Sequence record: PP175015.1
Reading direction: 5' to 3' (one strand)
DNA: 64,000 bases
Source of the DNA: Escherichia phage UE-S5a
Shown piece by piece: positions 60,425-64,000 of this stretch. Each line of letters begins with the position of its first letter. Positions within the stretch are counted from its first letter, which is position 1. The notes beneath the pieces are model-generated. The model was given only the letters and a program-made list of their open reading frames with translations, did not search any database and was not told the DNA's origin. Position numbers and translations under genes: made by a program.

Positions 60425-60675
60425 ACCTTTCTCAATGTCCCATAGATGTTATTATCGACAATACTCAAATCACAAAAACCAATTTCTTCTTGTCTCCCAG
60501 AGGATACCCAGATATTGTTTTCTGTTAGCTTAGGCTTCTTAGAGAATCCTATTAATGAGGTATTAGCACTTTTATATTGACGTGGTAATAAAGCTATATA
60601 CTTAACCCAGTGAGGTACTTGAATGGTGTGCTTCATATATTCCACAGTCTTGCCTGTAGGATATGTAATAATCAT
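60421..60675 (-). CDS. Hypothetical early protein
   Basis: 84-aa ORF, coupled. Confidence 0.4.
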   Translation of the reverse strand: MIITYPTGKTVEYMKHTIQVPHWVKYIALLPRQYKSANTSLIGFSKKPKLTENNIWVSSGRQEEIGFCDLSIVDNNIYGTLRKV

Positions 60676-61032
60676 TTAGTACCTCACAACGTATACGGGT
60701 TTATTAAGCCTATACATGATATCAATCATGTGCTTGGTTCCTTTGGAATTACCATCCCAGAAACATACAGCAGCATCTGCAAATTCACCCATTTCCAGGT
60801 TACGTTTATAACCAGCACATTTACCATGTTTATCCCAGTTTGCTGGGAAATTATGAATAGGCATTTTGTTATTAGCCCATAGACTATATGCAAGCATATC
60901 TGCTCCACGAGCCATACCACATACTAATTCCGGACATTCAGGTATATTCCCTGAATTTACTAACTTCTGTAATTCCTCAATCATAAGATTGGTATTTACG
61001 AAGTCTCTTCCACCAGCTACGATTAGTCTCAT
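60676..61032 (-). CDS. SLOG/YspA-like (DprA/LOG-fold) protein
   Basis: MRLIVAGGRDF...GMARGADMLAY...FWDGNSKGTKHMI pattern typical of SLOG-family proteins. Confidence 0.4.
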   Translation of the reverse strand: MRLIVAGGRDFVNTNLMIEELQKLVNSGNIPECPELVCGMARGADMLAYSLWANNKMPIHNFPANWDKHGKCAGYKRNLEMGEFADAAVCFWDGNSKGTKHMIDIMYRLNKPVYVVRY

Positions 61033-61250
61033 TTCTGATACCCCTGTATATAGTTAATACGGCGAATACGTTGAGTAGATGCCTTAACAGCCATCTGTTG
61101 ATTTTCTTCTTTACGCTGGTTTTCCAACAGCTTATCCCATTCTTTCTGGTTCCGTTGTTTCTGTAATATACGACTACAACGCTTATGATTAGCAACTCCT
61201 TTACGTTTGTTACATACAGGGCAAACACCATAATCAGTTGAGTACATCAT
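61029..61250 (-). CDS. Basic zinc-ribbon-like small protein
   Basis: CPVCN...HKRC motif; Lys/Arg/Gln-rich. Confidence 0.35.
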   Translation of the reverse strand: MMYSTDYGVCPVCNKRKGVANHKRCSRILQKQRNQKEWDKLLENQRKEENQQMAVKASTQRIRRINYIQGYQK

Positions 61251-61251
61251 T

Positions 61252-61497
61252 TTAGTTGAATCCGTAATAGTTAAAGTAAGGAGCCTTTCTGTCTTCAGTT
61301 GATTTGATAATCACTGATTCATCTAGAAAGTACATCTCATTATTAATACGTACTTCTCTGTAAGATAACTTACCAAAGTTACGTATATATACCTTTCTAA
61401 CATATACCTTACGGGTATGCTTTAGCATGAACCAGGCATACCCTTTGGGATTTACTAATATTGTTTTATCTACGATGACATCACTAAGATTGTTCAC
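61252..61497 (-). CDS. Hypothetical early protein
   Basis: 81-aa ORF. Confidence 0.35.
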   Translation of the reverse strand: MNNLSDVIVDKTILVNPKGYAWFMLKHTRKVYVRKVYIRNFGKLSYREVRINNEMYFLDESVIIKSTEDRKAPYFNYYGFN

Positions 61498-61798
61498 CGA
61501 GTGCCTCCATCAGTATTTTACGAATAACGTTAACATCAGATTCAGTACCAATTAAACCAACAGGTTTACCTGTACTATCAGTTACAAAGCCAGCAATCCT
61601 TTCCATCTCTGCTGTAATTAACTTGTCACCATTAATAAGACGATTACGAAGGTAAGCTTCATAAGCTACCTCTATATCTTCTACTGTGGTTCTTTCATTA
61701 CGAGCAAATGGATTACTTAATGGGAATGGTAAATGTACCCGTATATTCCTGTCAGCTACTTTAGCTTGGTGAGGAAGTATACATACTATTTCATTCAA
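61484..61798 (-). CDS. Hypothetical early protein (possible second DUF4326-like)
   Basis: 104 aa; contains LSNPF motif similar to 59494-59874. Confidence 0.35.
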   Translation of the reverse strand: MNEIVCILPHQAKVADRNIRVHLPFPLSNPFARNERTTVEDIEVAYEAYLRNRLINGDKLITAEMERIAGFVTDSTGKPVGLIGTESDVNVIRKILMEALGEQS

Positions 61799-61847
61799 GA
61801 TTATTTCTCCTATTTAAATACATATCTAACTATTCAAAAATAAAAAA

Positions 61848-61875
61848 TAGGAGCCTCCTATTGGAGGACTCCTTA
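61848..61875 (-). terminator. Candidate terminator (minus sense)
   Basis: A-run then AGGAG-CCTCC-tatt-GGAGG-ACTCCT nested hairpin. Confidence 0.4.
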
Positions 61876-62169
61876 CTATTTGATACATGGATGATTGTAA
61901 GTAACAATCTTACGTACTGGTTCAGATGTCTGTTGCTTAGCAGCCAGACGTTCCTTCATCTTCTGTACGTCAGCTTTGGTTCCCATGATTAATGACTTAC
62001 GCATGTTTGGTACTCCACATAAAGTTAAAAGGCTTGTTGTTGTTACGTACAATTCTTACAACCATTTGATAGCCATTGAGTTGTACAACACCATAGTGTC
62101 GTTTCTGTACACCAGTGTGATATCTACGAAAGATACATTCTTCAATGGCATCCTCAATGTTAGTGAATA

Positions 62170-62388
62170 TCACTGGTTCCTCTTTGCAAACTCTTCTGCT
62201 TCTTTAGCCCAGAGTTGCTTACGTACCTCTTTAGCTATGATGGAAGCAAACAGACACTTAACGAATACAACTGGTAACTTACAAATAAGTACCAGCTTAG
62301 TTCTTACCCACTTGGCTCCATTGAGAATGTAACCACGTAGGCGATACAGCACATAACAGAGTATTACAAACGCAATGAAGTCCAACAT
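62170..62388 (-). CDS. Small membrane protein
   Basis: 72 aa; N-terminal hydrophobic helix. Confidence 0.4.
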   Translation of the reverse strand: MLDFIAFVILCYVLYRLRGYILNGAKWVRTKLVLICKLPVVFVKCLFASIIAKEVRKQLWAKEAEEFAKRNQ

Positions 62389-62392
62389 AGTC

Positions 62393-62578
62393 TTACACCT
62401 TATGAAGTTTACGGATTTGTTTACGAGTAGGTTTAGCTACAAAGAAGTGGTCATAATGCTGACCATTCTTATCTTCTACAGATACCTGCCAACGAGCATT
62501 AAGAGACATCTTACTACCCCAAGGTTGTAACATAACAATCAACTTTTGTGAGTTATAACGGTTACATACTGTACGCAT
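62393..62578 (-). CDS. Hypothetical small protein
   Basis: 61-aa ORF. Confidence 0.35.
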   Translation of the reverse strand: MRTVCNRYNSQKLIVMLQPWGSKMSLNARWQVSVEDKNGQHYDHFFVAKPTRKQIRKLHKV

Positions 62579-62679
62579 AATGGTTACTCCTTCATCTAAT
62601 ATAAATCTATATCTATCTGGTTACTGTTTCAGTACCCTTCGTCTAAAGATACTCAAAAAGTAGAAATAGATTATCGTCT

Positions 62680-62712
62680 AGTTAAAAATAAAAGACTCCC
62701 CGAAGGGAGTCT
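62680..62712 (-). terminator. Rho-independent terminator (minus sense)
   Basis: aaaaataaa-AGACTCCC-cgaa-GGGAGTCT; 8-bp stem. Confidence 0.55.
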
Positions 62713-62721
62713 AGTGGTTGA

Positions 62722-63105
62722 TTAGAAAGTCAGTTTACGAGCATATTTATTCTCGTCTGCTGGGATGTCAGCAGCCTCTGCTTTCACACGACGAAGTTGA
62801 ACTTGCAGGTTAATGATACCTTCTTCACCAGGTTCCAGGTTCTGAGCATATTCAATTAACTGTTCCAACAGGTCGTTCTGTGCACAACGCATAGCACGGA
62901 AGTCAGCATTGCTGCTATTAGTAGGCAGCGGCTCCTGAGTATCCAAAGGAATACCAGTAGGCAATGAGATGAATTTCTCATCATCAGAGCCTTCATTAGC
63001 TACATAACCAATGTTCAGCCAGAACTGAGCTTTAGGCTTATCAGTTTTAGCAGTAGAAGTAGCAGCAGCGTTAGATTGACCGAAAGTGAATTTTTGAATA
63101 GACAT
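62722..63105 (-). CDS. Acidic hypothetical early protein
   Basis: Start moved to ATG 63105 (GGAGAG RBS); acidic C-terminus. Confidence 0.4.
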   Translation of the reverse strand: MSIQKFTFGQSNAAATSTAKTDKPKAQFWLNIGYVANEGSDDEKFISLPTGIPLDTQEPLPTNSSNADFRAMRCAQNDLLEQLIEYAQNLEPGEEGIINLQVQLRRVKAEAADIPADENKYARKLTF

Positions 63106-63238
63106 TTTGTACTCTCCAGATAAATGATTGTTTGATTTATGGGTTTGTCCGTCGGTGACTAAACCCAAGAAAAGACTTAAGATTTCAATGATTAGTGGAT
63201 GCATTTAAATCATCCATAAGACGCGGAGCGTCTTGGTT

Positions 63239-63442
63239 TTAACTGTTATTAGGTCGGTGCTGTTTGATAGCTTTAAGCAAGGCTATCATGTCATCAATTT
63301 CTTTCTCGTTAAGTTTCCATAATATGGAATCCCCATCAGGGTAACCTTTAGCGGAACCATGATTCACGAGAACTACCCCGTCTACAATTGCTCCAAATAG
63401 TTTTCCTCTTTGGATAGCAATCTTCTCTATGTTAAATGCCAT
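63239..63442 (-). CDS. Hypothetical small protein
   Basis: 67-aa ORF. Confidence 0.35.
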   Translation of the reverse strand: MAFNIEKIAIQRGKLFGAIVDGVVLVNHGSAKGYPDGDSILWKLNEKEIDDMIALLKAIKQHRPNNS

Positions 63443-63499
63443 AAATAGGATTCTCTTAAAGTAGAATAACTATCTACTTTTGACTATCTATCTAATGTT

Positions 63500-63528
63500 C
63501 AAAACAGGAGACTCCGAAGAGCCTCCTA
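63500..63528 (-). terminator. Candidate terminator (minus sense)
   Basis: caaaac-AGGAGACTC-cgaa-GAGCCTCCT imperfect hairpin. Confidence 0.35.
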
Positions 63529-63534
63529 GGTGAC

Positions 63535-63858
63535 TTAGTTTTTAGTCAGGATGTCAATTACTTTTGAATATTCTGCGTTATAGATACGAGCGTTTTCTTT
63601 ATCCTTGCAGAATTCTTCAATACTTTTCTTACGCAGAGTCTCAGTCATAGCTGTCTCCTCTGCCAGTTTATTAACAAAGGTATGCATTTCTAATTTAGTA
63701 CGGATGGCTTGTTTCTCTGCCATAGTACTTACATATGAATTAAGCATACCTACTGCTTTAGTTGCTGTACCGAATGTATCTGCAACAGTAGTAGCAGCTG
63801 AGTTAACAGTACCAAGTAAAGTTCCTGCGGTCATACGTACAGTAGCTTGAGTAGTCAT
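63535..63858 (-). CDS. Hypothetical early protein
   Basis: 107 aa; ATG with GGAG RBS. Confidence 0.45.
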   Translation of the reverse strand: MTTQATVRMTAGTLLGTVNSAATTVADTFGTATKAVGMLNSYVSTMAEKQAIRTKLEMHTFVNKLAEETAMTETLRKKSIEEFCKDKENARIYNAEYSKVIDILTKN

Positions 63859-64000
63859 GATGATAGCTCCAATAGTTGATGATAGGACGACATGTCCATA
63901 ACATGCGGAGCATGTGTAACGTGTAAGGTGGGGTAGGGTAGTGGCTACACCGTCAACATACCGGGGGGGCTAGTTGAGTGTAAGGGTGTAGCCCCAGCCA

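Noticed and set aside
61976-62332. 118-aa plus-strand ORF in the early region
   Set aside because: Opposite to all surrounding early genes, overlaps minus-strand gene 62170..62388, no RBS; likely spurious (a 35-aa minus-strand ORF at about 61886-61993 is an alternative but too weak to call)
1-64000. CRISPR arrays, integrase, transposase or lysogeny module
   Set aside because: No regularly spaced direct repeats, no tyrosine/serine recombinase or repressor-type genes seen; organisation is that of a strictly lytic N4-like phage

Overview
This 64 kb window is most of the genome of an N4-like (Schitoviridae) podophage, read in reverse orientation relative to the usual N4 map. Positions 60-27226 on the + strand carry the late module: tail fiber with a C-terminal self-cleaving chaperone domain, a lysis cassette (holin, GH108 endolysin, embedded spanins), portal, scaffold-like protein, major capsid protein, virion proteins, and a roughly 3450-aa virion-encapsidated RNA polymerase (vRNAP). 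After a bidirectional terminator at 27230-27262, everything to the end of the window is on the - strand: a tRNA / tRNA-like cluster (28.7-29.7 kb), a replication module (SSB, RuvC-like resolvase, primase-like protein, family A DNA polymerase, SF1 helicase), rIIA/rIIB-like proteins, nucleotide metabolism (ThyX, dCTP deaminase), a MoxR-like AAA ATPase + VWA/HExxH pair, an Ig-domain decoration-like protein, the split T7-like RNAP II (two subunits), and an early region of about 15 small genes. Two HNH-AP2 homing endonuclease genes are inserted in conserved gene pairs. No CRISPR array, integrase or transposase was seen. Identification rests on motifs read directly from the translations plus synteny with phage N4 as I recall it; no database search was run. 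Several track ORFs start on TTG/GTG; I moved starts to an in-frame ATG with a Shine-Dalgarno where I could verify one, and those refined coordinates were counted by hand.
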